Part shown: positions 1 to 16,620 of the stretch, one piece after another
Layout: every line of letters begins with the position of its first letter
Numbering within the stretch: the stretch's first letter is position 1
From: the human T2T-CHM13v2.0 reference genome, Homo sapiens
Strand: one strand, 5' to 3'
Length of the DNA: 64,000 nucleotides
Assembly: GCF_009914755.1 (NCBI RefSeq)
Contig: NC_060938.1
The notes under the pieces: generated by a model
The model's database searches: none
Seen by the model: only the letters and a program-made list of their open reading frames with translations
Told to the model about the DNA's origin: nothing
Position numbers and translations under genes: made by a program

Positions 1-2082
1 AAACCTAAAACCAATGTCTTTTAAATACATATTTTATATTTTGGGGAAATTATCTAAGCATATTGACTTATTTTGTAATGTGATACCAATTTACAATGTT
101 AATGAGGGTTGCAAGTAAAATGATGAATAACAACTTTATACAGGTAAAGTGGCTATTTCTGTCATATAACATTAAATAAAGTTTTAAAGAATCTTGATCA
201 TTGCTATTACATAAAAATATACAGTGGACCACAACTTTCAGCTTTCTGTCTTTATAGACCTGTCTTTTCAAGATACTTCAGATAACAGCAATCATATAAT
301 ACATAGTCTCTTGAACTCGTCATCCTTAAATGGTTTACCATTCATCTGTGTTGTAGGATGTATTAGTATTTTGTTGTTTAATATTGCTGAATAGTATTTT
401 ATTTATCTGTTCACCTGTTGATGGACATTTACATTGTTACAATTTGAGATTATTACAAATAATGCCACTATAAATATGTACATGTCTTTGTATGGAGACA
501 TATTTTTCTTTGTCTTGGGTAGATTACTAAGAGTGAAATTACTAGGTCATAGAAGTGTATTTTTTTAACTATATAAGATACTTCTATTCTGATTTCCAAA
601 GTAGCTGAACCATTCTATATTCCTAATATTTTACAATTCTACCAGGAATGAACAAGGGTTTCAGATTTTCTATATCATCTCCAATACTTGCTATTGTCTG
701 CGTTTTTATTTTAGGCACTATTGTGGCTGTGTAGTGGTATTTCTATGTGGTTTTTATTTGCATTTCTCTAATGACTTAATGATGACGAGCATCTTTTCAT
801 GTGCATATCAGCCATTCATTTATCTCCTTTGGTGAGATATCTATTCAAATCATTTTCCCATTTTAAAAATTAGGTTTTCTTATAATTGAGTTGTAATAAT
901 TTTTTATGAATTTTTTGATACAAATACTTGATCAAGTATATGATTTGTGAGTTTTATCTCCCACTCTTTGTCCTGTCTTTTAATTTTCTTAATGGAGAAT
1001 TTTGAAGTGAAGTTTTGAATTTTTATAAAATTCAATTTTTAAAATTTTATGCATTGTGCTTTTGATGTTTTATCTAAGAACTTTTTCTCAAAGTTTACAG
1101 TTGTCTTCTTTTATATTTTCTTCTAGAAATACTTTGTTTCAGTTCTTAATTTTAGGTAATTATCCATTTTGAGTTAATTTGTGTATATTGTGTGATATAT
1201 TAGCATCTAAGTTTATTTTTTGCATGTGCATATCACATCTGGTTGTCTCAGAAATATTTCTTGAAAAGATTATCATTTATCCCACTGACTTTGCATCTTG
1301 GTTGAAAATCAGTTGATTGTAAGTATAAAGCTTTATTTTTGGACTCTCATTTTTATGCCCTCATTTGTGTTCTGTTAATCCATAGGTCTGTTTTTGTGCC
1401 AATACCACACTGTCTTGATTATTTTGGCTTTATTGTATATTTTGAAATTGGATAATTTAAGTTCTGCAACTTTATAATTTTTTTCAATATTGTTTTGGAC
1501 TATTCTGTGTATTTTGCATTTCTACATAAATTTTAGGATCAGCTTGTCAATTTCTGCAAAATAACATAGTATTTTGATAGTGATTACATTGATTTTTCTT
1601 TTGTGGACCAATTCTGGGAGAATTGGCATTTTGACTATATGAGGCCTTCAATTTATGAACATATGTGTCTTTGCAGCAATATTTTATCATTTTCGGCGTT
1701 CAAATCTTGTACTTATTTAAAAATATAATTCCTAAGTAAATTTTTGATGTTACTGTGAGTGCAATTGCTTTCTTAATTTTAGTTTTAGTTTTTTTATTGT
1801 TGTTGTTGCTACAATGTAAAAGCACAATTAACTTTTGTGTAGTGTTCTTGAACCCTGAGATCTATTAAACTCATTTATTTGTTACAGTAACATTTTGTGG
1901 ATTCCTTGGAATTTTCTGTGTAGATGATCATGCCAACTGTGAATAAAGACAATTTTACTTACTTCTTCCCAACACTTTTGTTGTATTGCACTAGCTTTTA
2001 ACTTTCTATTAAACATTAATAACATGCTTTATATTTGATCTTATAAGGGAAGGAATTCAATCTTTCACAATAAAATATATTA

Positions 2083-2415
<333 letters not shown>

Positions 2416-4130
2416 TTAGAATATTTTTGTCTATTCCTTGTCTTTTAAGAGTGTTTTCCAGAATGGACATTGAATTTTGTCAAATGGTTTTCTTAAAATT
2501 TTACATGTTTTGCTATCACCATGCAATTTTTGCCCTTTACTCTGTTAACAGACTGTATTACGTTAGTTGATTTTCAAGAGGTTAAACTAACTTGCTTTTA
2601 GGGTATAAATCCCACTTGATTATCTTGTACAATTTTAGTGTTGTTGGATTTTATTTGTTAATAATTTGTTTAAAATTTTTGCATCTACGTTGATGAGGAA
2701 TATTATAGTTTTCTTGTAATTTCTGTATCTGGCTTTCATATTGAAGTAATACTGGCCTATTGAAATGATTTTCAAAATGTTCCCTTCTATGTTTTGTGAA
2801 AGAATTTGTGAAAATTTGATATTAGTTCTGTTTTAAATATTTAATAGAATTTATCAATAAAGTCATCTGGGCATTTTTATAGAATCTATAGAAAGTTTTA
2901 TAATTTCTAATTCAATTTATTTACTGCTTATAATCTATTTATATTTCTAGTTCTTTTTAAGTTAGTTTTGGTGGCTTTTGTCTTTCATGAAACTGGTCCA
3001 TTTTATGTAACTTATCTAATTTCTTGGAATAAAGTTATTAAAAATTTTCTAAAAGTATTTTTGGAGTCAGTACTAAGGTCCCCTCTTTCCTTGCTAATTT
3101 TAGTAATTTGTTGCTTCTCACTTTTTTATTTGAATTGTCTAGCTAAAGGTTTATCATTTTTTTGTCATTTCAAAGAGAGAACTTTTGGTTTCATTGTTCA
3201 TTCTCTATTATCTTCATGTTTTCTCTATTCATTTTTTCTTTAATCTTTATTTCCTTTCTTCTACATATTTTAAATCTAATTTTATCTTTTTTCAACTATT
3301 TTAGGTGAAAACATAAGTTGTCGATTTGAGATTTTCTTTTTCTGATGTCAGTATTAAACGCTATAAATTTTCTCTAAGCACTGCTTTTGTTGAAGTCAAT
3401 ACATTTATATGTTGTATTTTGGATTATTCAGTCTGAAATATTTTCTAATTTTCTTTATGATTTCTCCTTTGATTCTTGGGTCATGAAGAGGCATATGGTT
3501 AATTTTTAAGTGTTTATTGATTTCCCACATTTATTTTTGTTGTTAATTTCTAATTGTATTTTGTTGTGGTTGGAGAACATTCTTTGCATAATATCAATCC
3601 TTTTAAATTAACAGGCTTGTTTTATGGCCTAACATGTCTAATCCTGTGGAATATTCAATGTGTACTTTAAAAGAGTGAGCATTCTGCAGTTAAGATGAGT
3701 TAGTTGATAGTGTTCTGATATTCTATATATTTGTGAATGTCCTCTTAGTTGTTTTATTAATTATTGACAGTGGGGTATTGAAATCTCAAACCAAAATTTT
3801 GAATTGTTTCATCAGTTTTTGCTCCGTGTAGGTCTCTGTTATTAGTTGAGTATCTTTTTATGGTTGTAATTTTTTCCTGATATATTGCCCGTTATGTCAT
3901 GAAATACTCTGCTTTGTCTCTAATAATATTTTTTTGCTTTACATTCTATTTTTGTCTTATATTACTCTAGTCATTTCATCTTTCTTGTTGTTACTATTTA
4001 AGTATTTTCCCCCTTCCTTTTGTATTTTCCTATAGTATTTTCCCCCTTCCTTTTGATTTTTTGATTTCAACTTGTTTTTTAAATCTGAAGTGGTTCTCTT
4101 GTAGACAGTATATAATTGGATATTGCTTTT

Positions 4131-4582
4131 TGTGATGGTTAATACTGAGTGTCAACTTGATGGGATTGAACGATACAAAATATTGATCCTGGCTGTGTCT
4201 CTAAGGGTGTTGCCAAAGGAGATTAACATTTGAGTCAGTGGGCTGGGAAAGGCAGACCCACCTTTAATCTGGGTGGGCACCATCTAATCAGCTGCCAGCT
4301 CGGCTAGAGTATAAGCAGGCAGAAAAATGTGAAAAGAGAGACTGGTCTAGCTTCCCAGCCTACATCTTTCTCCCATGCTGGTTGCTTTCTGCCCTCGAAC
4401 ATCAGACTTCAAGTTCTTCAGTTCTTCAGTTTTGGAACTTGGACTGGCTCTCCTTGCTCTTGAGCCTGCAGATGGCCTATTATGGGACCTTGCAACTGTG
4501 TGAGTCAATACTTAATAAACTCCCCTTTATATATACATCTATTCCATTAGTTCCGTCCCTCTAGAGAACTCTGACCAATACA
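4131..4582 (+). mobile_element. MLT2A1 (HERVL) solo LTR
   Basis: TGTGATGGTTAATACTGAGTGTCAACTTG...CTAGAGAACTCTGACCAATACA, TG..CA termini, AATAAA near 4514, perfect 5-bp TSD CTTTT (4126-4130 / 4583-4587). Confidence 0.93.
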
Positions 4583-4844
4583 CTTTTGTGATCCAGTTTG
4601 ACAGTCTCTGCTTTTTCATTGGGATGTTTAGATCACATATCTTTAATATTATTTAAATTAATTAATATTAACATAATGTGTTAATTAGTTAATGTAATGT
4701 TACTGATATTTCTAGATTTGTATTTGCCTTTTTGCTATTTGTTTTCAATATATCTTATTTCTTTTGTGTAACTGTGATCCTTCTTGTCTACTCTCTTTCG
4801 TATTAAATAATCTTTTCTAGTATACCATGTTAATTCTTTGTTGA

Positions 4845-4980
4845 TTTTATTTATTTTTATTTTTTTATTTTTATGAGAAACTATATAACTTTATTGATAC
4901 AATAACCCTTTGTTTTTCACATTGAAAATACAGTGTATTTTGCAAATAACTAAAGCCTAATTTTGTATTAAAATTTTAAA
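4845..4980 (-). other. Probable L1 3'-transduced (or template-switched) segment with own AATAAA and second poly(A) tail
   Basis: Non-L1 sequence 4875-4980 lies between the L1 tail (4981-5003) and a second T-tract (4845-4874); minus-strand AATAAA at 4890-4895, about 16 nt upstream of that tail. Confidence 0.75.
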
Positions 4981-8510
<3,530 letters not shown>

Positions 8511-9203
8511 TGTACTATTTCTGAAGGATGGGGGAATAATGCCTAGTAAAGGAAATCATCTAAATAAAAACACAGTTCACTCCAACATGTCTGGCTAGAA
8601 TATTTTTGTCAAACATGGTTAAACTTTGAGTGATAGAAAATCATTAACATAGGAGTTAGAACCTAACAAAAAGAAATATTGGTTATCTATAAATGAGATA
8701 AAAAGAGTAGCTAGGTAAAGTAAGAAAGAAGTACTAGTTCAAAAATCATGTTTAAACCTCAAGTCTGCTATATAGGATTCATAAAAGTGTGTGGTTGGGT
8801 AATTTTAGGCAGATTAATAATGAAAAAATAATTCTTTGTTGAAATGAGAGTTGGATTAGTGATTACCAATTAAATGCTTCCAGAATTCCTGGATTTCTGT
8901 AGTGACTTATGTTAGTAAGTTTTGCTCCTAATAATAAACTGCCTGCCTTGACCTCTCAGTGGAGGTAAACCTTGGAAAGAATCTTATTTGAATTTAGATT
9001 TATATACTTCTTAGGAGCGTTTTTAAGATTAATGCTAATTTTGTAATCGAGTACGTGATTAAGCCTCTTGGAAAAATGTGCAACTCTATTGAAAATATAC
9101 TAAATAGATAACGTATTATATAGAAAGTTTCTATCTTTTGAGAAGTAAGCTCAAAATGTATTTACTTTTGGAAAAGTAAGCTAAAATGACAAAGCATCTA
9201 GGA

Positions 9204-9437
9204 CAAGCTTGTCCAACCCACGGCCTGCTGGTCACACATGGCCCAGGAATGGCCTGCTTTGAATGCAGGCCAACAGAAATTCGTAAACTTTCTTAAAACA
9301 TTATGAGGTTTTTTTTGTGATTTTTTTTTTTTAAAGCTCATTAGCTGTCGTGAATGTTACTGTATTTTATGTGTAGGCCAAGATAATAATTCTTCTTCCA
9401 ATGTGGCCCAGGGAAGCCAAAAGATTAGAGACCTCTG
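9204..9437 (+). mobile_element. MER30 (hAT-Charlie) DNA transposon MITE
   Basis: caagcttgtccaacccacggcc...aaattcgtaaactttcttaaaacattatgag...gtggcccagggaagccaaaagattagagacctctg; degenerate 8-bp TSD atctagga/acctaaaa. Confidence 0.9.
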
Positions 9438-10023
9438 ACCTAAAAGTTAATAAGATTTGAGTCTGTTTTTGGTTCTAAAGGTGATATTTTATATTGACTT
9501 TGAAGTTTCACAAAATAGTAGAGGTAGCCTATTCATAGCACTGAAAGCTGGAAAATATGCAATTGAAATAAGAATTTAAAATGTATGGAGAAGAATTACG
9601 ATAAAAGTGGCAGATAAGCCAAGAAAACTGAGTATTTCAAGAAGGGAGCAACATATCTAATAGTAAAAGGGGAATAAAAACCATCAAAGAGCCTTTGGAT
9701 TAGAAAGTGTATGATAAAACTGTATCTCTATCTAGCCTTAAATTACCAGCATACGAGAGATTCTGTCTCAATGACAGCTTTACAAGTTGAATTTAAACTT
9801 GAAGATTTTTCAGATGAAGAGCTAGCACTAGAAGATAATATGTATAACATTTCTGACTTGTCATTGAAAATACATAACAGTTCAGAGAGTCACACCATGT
9901 GATCTTTTGTTATGTCTAAAAGCTTATGTAGCATTTTACAGTGATTGAATGAAATAATATGGTTTGTGATGTCTTATTTATTTTTTGCTATGTTATTGTA
10001 TTAGTTATCTAATCCTGTGTTAT

Positions 10024-10088
10024 TGTATTAGTTATGTACTGCTGTGTAACAAATCACCACAAACTTATTGACTTAAAGCAGCACACCT
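10024..10088 (-). mobile_element. MLT1F-like MaLR LTR, first fragment
   Basis: tgtattagttatgtactgctgtgtaacaaatcaccacaaactta..gacttaaagcagcacac. Confidence 0.75.
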
Positions 10089-10263
10089 TGACTTCCTGTT
10101 TCAGCTCTAATATATAAAGAGCTTGGAAATTGTCACTCCAATCTTTACAACAAGAAAAAGCTGAACAAAATAAAGTCAGCAACTTTTCTTGGATTTGTTG
10201 GAGAACTTGCGAGGAAGATCCCCTTGTAGCTCTGGCTAGGAGAAAGAATATTCTTGTGAAATA

Positions 10264-10450
10264 CAGGGTGAATGTTCCTCATCTGAAACACTTTGGACAA
10301 GAAGTTTTTCATTTTCAGATTTTTATCCCAAATTTGAAAATCTGAAATCTGAAAAGCTCTAGTGAGCATTTCCTTTGTGCGTCATGTCAGCTCTCAAAAT
10401 GTTTTAGATTTTAGAGCATTTTGGATTTGGAATTTGAGATGGTCAACTTG
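10264..10450 (+). mobile_element. Tigger4a (Zombi/MER46) TcMar DNA transposon
   Basis: TA|cagggtgaat...aaaatctgaaatctgaaaagctctagtgagcatttcctttg...tcaacttg|TA, TA target duplication. Confidence 0.85.
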
Positions 10451-11456
10451 TACAGCCAGAGACATCTCCACAACAGAGGGCTACTCTCCAGCATGAAAAG
10501 CTTTACCAGAGATGTATCTCAGAGATGTGGAGGAAGGACATTCATCTCATGTTAGCCCCCTTTACCTTTCCTGTCTCATCTAAGGAATAGGAAGCTATAT
10601 AAGAAGAAATGCTTGTGGAAGTCCCTGGCCAGGGACACAGGCCCCCCAAAATAGATCTACTTGGAAAATTATAGAATGCCCCTCTATTCACATTTTACCA
10701 AGATCATACCGACATACATGGGCTCCAGCATAATCGTGGATTATATTTGAAAGATCTGAGAAAGACAAAGAGTGTATCTGAGGAAGGAATACTTACGGAA
10801 GTCCAAAGTCAAGAGGGGAAACAAAAACAAAAACACTAACTTCTGCCACATATAGCTACAGCAAACATTAAACAAAGCCTGACTACTAGCTAGATTAACA
10901 TAAATCCTCACTTCACTTCCTACCAATGCAACATGTCTGGCTTTTGACAAAAAATCACAAGACATCTGAAAGGCAAGAAAACACGAAGTCAGAAGAAACC
11001 AAGCAAGTATCAGAATCAGGCTCAGGTGACACAGATGTTGAAAGTAACAGACAGAATATTGTTTGAAATATGATTACTATATTAATGGATATAATGGAAA
11101 TGGTAGAAAAAAATAAAGAACAAATAGACATTGTAATGCAATTAGATAGGAATTCCAAGAAAGGATTAAAAGGAAATGCTAGGAATATATATATATATAT
11201 TAAAAATACATATATAGATGAAATAAAAAATGCCTTTGAGTTCATTAGAAGATTTGACATAGCAGAGGATACAGTGAGCTTAAAATTAAGTATATAGATA
11301 TTTCCTCAAACTGAAATATGCAAATAAATTTAAAAAATTAAAAAGCAAATATTCTAGAACCGTGAGAAAACTTCAAAAGGTGTAACATATGCATAATTAG
11401 TATAACAGGCAGAGAACAAAGGAGCAGTGAAATTTTTCAGGTAAAAATGTCTGAAA

Positions 11457-11782
11457 GGTAACTCATGCCTGTAATCCCAGCACATTGGGAGGCAGGGCAG
11501 GAGGATTGCTTTGAGCCCAAGAGTTCCTGAGCAGCCTGAGCAACATGGGAAAACCCCATCTTTGCCAAGGCACACACACACAAAAAAAAAACAAAACAAA
11601 ACTTACCACCACCACCACCAAAAAAATTAGCCAGGCATGGTGGTATATGCCTGTAGTCCCACCACTCAGGGGGCTGAGGTGGGAGGATCACATGAGCCCA
11701 GGGATGTCGTGGCTATAGTGAGTTGTGATCATGCCACTGCATCCAACCTAGGCAACAAAATCAGACAGTGTCTCAAAAAAAT
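11457..11782 (+). mobile_element. AluJ SINE
   Basis: ggaggattgctttgagccca, gaggatcacatgagcccagg and gtgatcatgccactgc J-type diagnostics; linker expanded into microsatellites. Confidence 0.92.
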
Positions 11783-12231
11783 AAAGTCTAGAAACTTTTA
11801 AAAGTTAATGACAGACATTAAATCACTGATCCAAAAAGTTTAGAGATCATCAAAAAGCATACATGCCCCCCACAAACAAACCAAAGAACTAATAACAAAA
11901 ATTACACTTAGGCATATCATACAAAATTCCAATAAACTAAAGATAAACAAGAAGATCCTGAAAGCAGCCAGAGAAAAAGACACCTTAAAAGAACAAGGAT
12001 AAAAATTACTAGGTATTTTATTCTTTTTGTGGCTATTGTAAATGGGATTGCATTCTTGACTTGGGTCTCAGCTTGAACATTATTGGTGTACATAAATTCT
12101 ACTGATTTTTGTACATTGGTTTTGTATCCTGAAACCTTACTAAAGTTTTCTATCAGATTTAGAAACCTTTTGGTGAGTCTTTAGGGTTTTCTAGGTATAG
12201 AATCATATCATCAGCAAGGGGAGATAGTTTG

Positions 12232-14455
12232 TGATATGATTTGTCTCTGTCCCCACCCAAATCTCATCTCAAATTCCCACTTGTTGTAGGAGGGACCAAG
12301 TTGGAGGTAATTTAATTATGGGGGCAGGTCTTTCCTGTGCTGTTCTTGTGACAGTCAATAAGTCTCACAAAATTCGAGGGTTTTAAAAAGGGGAATTTAA
12401 AAAACCCTGCACAAGCTCTCTTCTCTTGTCTGCTACCATGTGAGGCATGCCTTTCACCTCCTGAGCCATGTGGAACTGTAAGTTGGTTAAACCTCTTTCT
12501 TTTGTAAATTGTCCAATCTTAGGTATGTCTTTATCAGCAGCATGAAAATGGACTAATACAGTAAGTTGGTACCAGGAGTGGGGTATTGCTGATAAAATAC
12601 CCCAAAAAGTGGAAACAACTTTGGAACTGGTTAAGAGGTTGAACCAACTTGGAGGGCTCAGAAGAAGACAGGAAAATGTGGGAAAGTTTAGAACTCCATA
12701 GAGATTTGTTGAATGACTTTGAGCAAAATTCTGAAATGATATGGACAATGAAATCCAGGCTGAACTGATTGCAGATGGAGATGAAGAACTTGTTGGGAAC
12801 TGAAGCAAAGGTGACTCTTGTTATGTTTTAGCAAAGAGACTGGTGGAATATATCTCTGCCCTAGAGATGTGTTGAACTTTGAACTTGAGAGAGATGATTT
12901 AGGGTGTCTGGTGGAAGAAATTTCTAAGCATTCAAGAGGTAACTTGGGTGTTGTTAAAGGCATTCAGTTTTTTAAGGGAAGCAGAGCATAAAGTTTGGAA
13001 AATTTGCAGCCTGACAATGCAATAGAAAAGAAAATCCCATTTTCTGAGGAGAAATTCAAGCCAGCTGCAGAAATTTGTAAAAATAACAAGGAGCTGAATG
13101 TTAATACTCAAGACAATGGAGAAAATATCTCCAAGGCATGTCAGAGGTCTTCATGGCAACTCTTCCCATCACAGACCCGGAGACCTAGGAGGAAATGGTG
13201 GTTTTGTGGACTGGGCCCAGGGTCCTCGTGCTGTATGCAACCTAGAGACTTGGTGCCCTGTTTCCTGGCTGCTCTAGCCATGGCTTGAAGGGGCCAATGT
13301 AGAGCTCAGGCCGTGGCTTCAGAGGGTGCAAGCCTCAAGCCTTGGTATCTTCCACATGGTGTTGAGCCTGTGAGTGCACAAAAGTCAATAGTTGGGTTTT
13401 ATGAACCTCCGCCTAGATTTCAGAGGATGTGTGGAAATGACTGGATGCCCAGGCAGAATTTTGCTGCAGCAGCAGGGCCCTCATGGAGAACCTCTGCTAG
13501 GGCAGTGTAGAAGGGGAATGTGGGGTTGTTGCCCCCACACAGAGTTACTACAGGGGCACTGCCTAGTGGAGCTGTGAGAAGAGGGCCACCGTCTTCCAGA
13601 CCCCAGAATGGTGGATCCCCTGACAACTTGCACTGTGCACCTGGAAAAGCCTCAGACACTCAACACCAGCTTATGAAGGCATCCAGGATGGGGGCTAATA
13701 TGCAAAGCCACAGGGATAGAGCTGCCTAAGGCCATGGGAGCCCACCTTTTGCATCAGCATGACCTTTATGTGAGACATGGAGTCAAAAGAGATCATTATG
13801 GAGCCTTAAGATTTGATTGCCTCACTGGATTTCAGAGTTGCGTGGGACCTGTAATCCCTTTGTTTTGGCCAATTTCTCCCATTTGGAATGGCTGTATTTA
13901 CCCAATGCCTGTACTCCCATTATATCTAGGGAGTAATTAACTTGCTTTTGATTTTACAGGCTCATAGGCAGAAGGGACTTGCCTTGTCTCAGATGCTCTG
14001 TGAACTTTTGAGTTAATGCTGAAATGAGTTAAGACTTTGGAGGACTATTGGGAAGGCATGATTGGTTTTGAAATGTGAGAACATGAGCTTTGAGAGGGGC
14101 CAGGGGCAGAATGATATGGTTTGGCTGTGTCCCCACCCAAATCTCTTCTTGAATTCCCAAGTGTTGTGGGACGGACCCAGTGGGAGGTAATTCAGTCATG
14201 GGGGCAGGTCTTTTCCATGCTGTTCTTGTGATAGGGAGTAAGTCTCATGAGATCTGATGGTTTTAAAAAGGGGAGTTGCTCTGTCCAAGCTCTCTTCTCT
14301 TGTCTGCTGCCATGTGAGACATGCTGTTCACCTTCTGTCATGATTGCGAGGCCTCCCCAACCACATGGAACTGTAAGTCAATTAAACCTCTTTCTTTTGT
14401 AAATTGCCCAGTCTCAGGTATGTCTTTATCAGCTGCATGAAAATAGAATAATACA
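12232..14455 (+). mobile_element. Full-length THE1A MaLR (LTR 12232-12560, internal 12561-14111, LTR 14112-14455)
   Basis: Two TGATATG...AATACA LTRs, ~1.55 kb THE1 internal region, PBS at 12567-12584, purine-rich tract before the 3' LTR, TSD gtttg/ctttg. Confidence 0.95.
12567..12584 (+). promoter_or_regulatory. Primer-binding site complementary to the tRNA-Leu(UAA) 3' end
   Basis: TGGTACCAGGAGTGGGGT, 6 nt after the 5' LTR; the tRNA match is from recalled sequence. Confidence 0.75.
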
Positions 14456-14766
14456 CTTTGACTTCTTTCTCCATTTTTATGCCTTTTATGTCTATCTCTT
14501 GCCTAATTTCTCTGGCTAGGACTTCCAGTACTATGTTGAGTAGGAGTGGTGAGAGTGGGCATCCTTTTTGGTTCCAGTTCTCAAAAGAAATGCTTATGCT
14601 TTCAGCTTTTGCCTGGCCAGTGTGATGTTGGCTGTGGGTTTGTCATAGATGACTGTTACTATTTTGAGGTATATTCCTTTGATGCCTACTTTGTTGAGGG
14701 TTTTTAACATGAAAGGATGTTGGATTTTATTGAAAGCTTTTTCTGTGTCTGTTGAGATGATCACAT

Positions 14767-16037
14767 AGGGAAGAATTCCTGTTCAATACATGATGCTGGG
14801 CTAACTGGCTATCCATATGTAGAAGAGTGAAACTGGTACCCTGTCTATCACCATAAACAGAAATTAACTCAGGGTTAATTAAAGACTTAAATGTAAGACC
14901 TCAAACTATAAAAATCCTAGAAGAACATCTAGGAAATGCCTTTCTCAATATTGGCCTTTGCAAATAATTCGTGGCTAAGTCCTCAAAAACAATTACAACA
15001 AAAATACAAATTGACAAGTGGGTCTTAATTAAACTAAAGGTCTTCTGCACAACAAGAGAAACTATCAAGAGACTAAACAGAAAACCTACAGAATGGGCAA
15101 AATATTCACAAAACTATGCAGTGACAAAGGTCTAATGTCCAGAATCTATAAAGTACTTAAATTAACAAGCAAAAACCAAATAATTCCATTAAAAGGTGGA
15201 CAAAGGACATGAACAGACAGTTCTTAAAAGAAGACATACAAGTGGCCAACAAACATACCAAAATATGCTCATTATCACTAATCAAAGGGAAATACAAATC
15301 AAAACCACAATGAGATACCATTTCACGCCAGTCTGAATAGGATGACTTTTGTTAAGAAGTGAAAAAGAAGACATATTGGCAAGGCTGCAGAGAAAATGGA
15401 TCACGTTACATTCCCACCATTGAGAGGAATGTACGTTAATTTAGCCACTGTCTAGAGAAGTTTGGAGATTCCTCAAAGAGCTAAGAGTTGAACTACCATT
15501 TGACCTGCAATCCCATTACTAGGCATATACCCAAAGGAAAATAAACCATTCTACCAAAAAGACACATGTACCTTCATGTTCATTGCAGCACTATTCACAC
15601 TAGCAAAAACATGGAATCAACCCAGTTGCCTATCAATGGTGGATTAAACAAAGAAAATGTGGTATATATACACCACGAAATATTACATAGCCATGCCCAA
15701 ATGAAATCATGTCTTTGTAGCAATATGGATGCAGCTAGAAGCTGTTATTCCATGCAAACTAAGGCAGAAACAAAATCAAATACATGTTCTTATAAGTGGG
15801 AGCTGAACATTGGGTACACATGGACATAAAGATGGGAACAATAGACATTGAGGAATACACAAGGTGGTGAGAGGGAGGTAGGCAAAGGCTGAAAAACTAC
15901 TTATTGAGTATTATGCTTACTGCCTGAATAATGGATTCATCTGGACTCCACACCTCAGTATATTGCTCCACATGCAATATACCTTTGTAACAAACCTGCA
16001 TGTATACCCCCAATTCTAAAATACAAGTTTTTTTTAA
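14767..16037 (+). mobile_element. L1PA16-like (L1PA15-17) 3' segment with 3'UTR
   Basis: Degraded ORF2 C-terminus; 3'UTR gggtacacatggacataaagatgggaacaatagac...aaacctgcatgtatacccc...ctaaaatacaagtt; TSD aaggataaaaatta (11995-12008) / aagaataagaatta (16038-16051). Confidence 0.88.
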
Positions 16038-16620
16038 AAGAATAAGAATTATATTAGACTACTTTTCAGAAATCACACAAACAAGAGCAGAGTGGAGTAA
16101 AATATTTAATGTGTTGAAAGAAAAAAATATTACCAACCTAGAATACTGTGTCTTCTGAAATTATCCTTTAGCATGGAAGGAGGAATAAAGACCTTTCGGA
16201 GGGTCATAAACTAAATGAATTCATCTCCAACAGAACTGCATTGGGAGAAATGTTAACAGGTTCATCAGGGAGAAGGAAAATGATATATCAAAAGCTCAAA
16301 TCTACATAAAGAAGGAAGGCATCAGGAAAGAAAGAAAGATGAAAATTTTATTCCTAATTGATCTAAAAACAACTTACTAAAAGTGATAATAGTAACACTG
16401 TATTGGGTGATTATCGTATACGAATAAGTGAAATGAACGACAACATCAGAAGAGATGAAAGGGAGGAATTGAGATACTCTGTAAGGTACCTGCAATACAC
16501 ATCGAACAGAGCAGTGTTATTTGAAGGTGGACTAAGATTAGTTAAAAATGTCTATGGTGAAGTTTAGAATAACCACTAAAGTAATACTTAAAGACATAAT
16601 TGATGAGCTAAGAGAGATAA

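Larger units (their letters stand above)
12009..14766 (-). mobile_element. Inverted 5' segment (ORF2 RT region) of an L1PA16-like element, split by THE1A
   Basis: Antisense RT sequence 12009-12231 continues seamlessly at 14456-14766 (gatagtttg|THE1A|ctttgacttc). Confidence 0.88.
10090..16620 (+). mobile_element. L1MD/L1M4-like 5'UTR plus degraded ORF1, 3'-truncated, hosting Tigger4a, AluJ and L1PA16
   Basis: 5' end gacttcctgtttcagctct...acaacaagaaaaagctgaac; A-rich ORF1 motifs (aaagcagccagagaaaaaga, aacctagaatactgtg, aaattatcctt). Confidence 0.8.

Noticed and set aside
4643-4700. AT-only quasi-palindromic insert in the L1M
   Set aside because: Low-complexity AT sequence self-pairs by chance; no TIR/TSD structure.
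12383-13940. Cluster of 60-140 aa ORFs on both strands
   Set aside because: All lie inside the THE1A LTR/internal sequence; fragments of the decayed MaLR frame or shadows.
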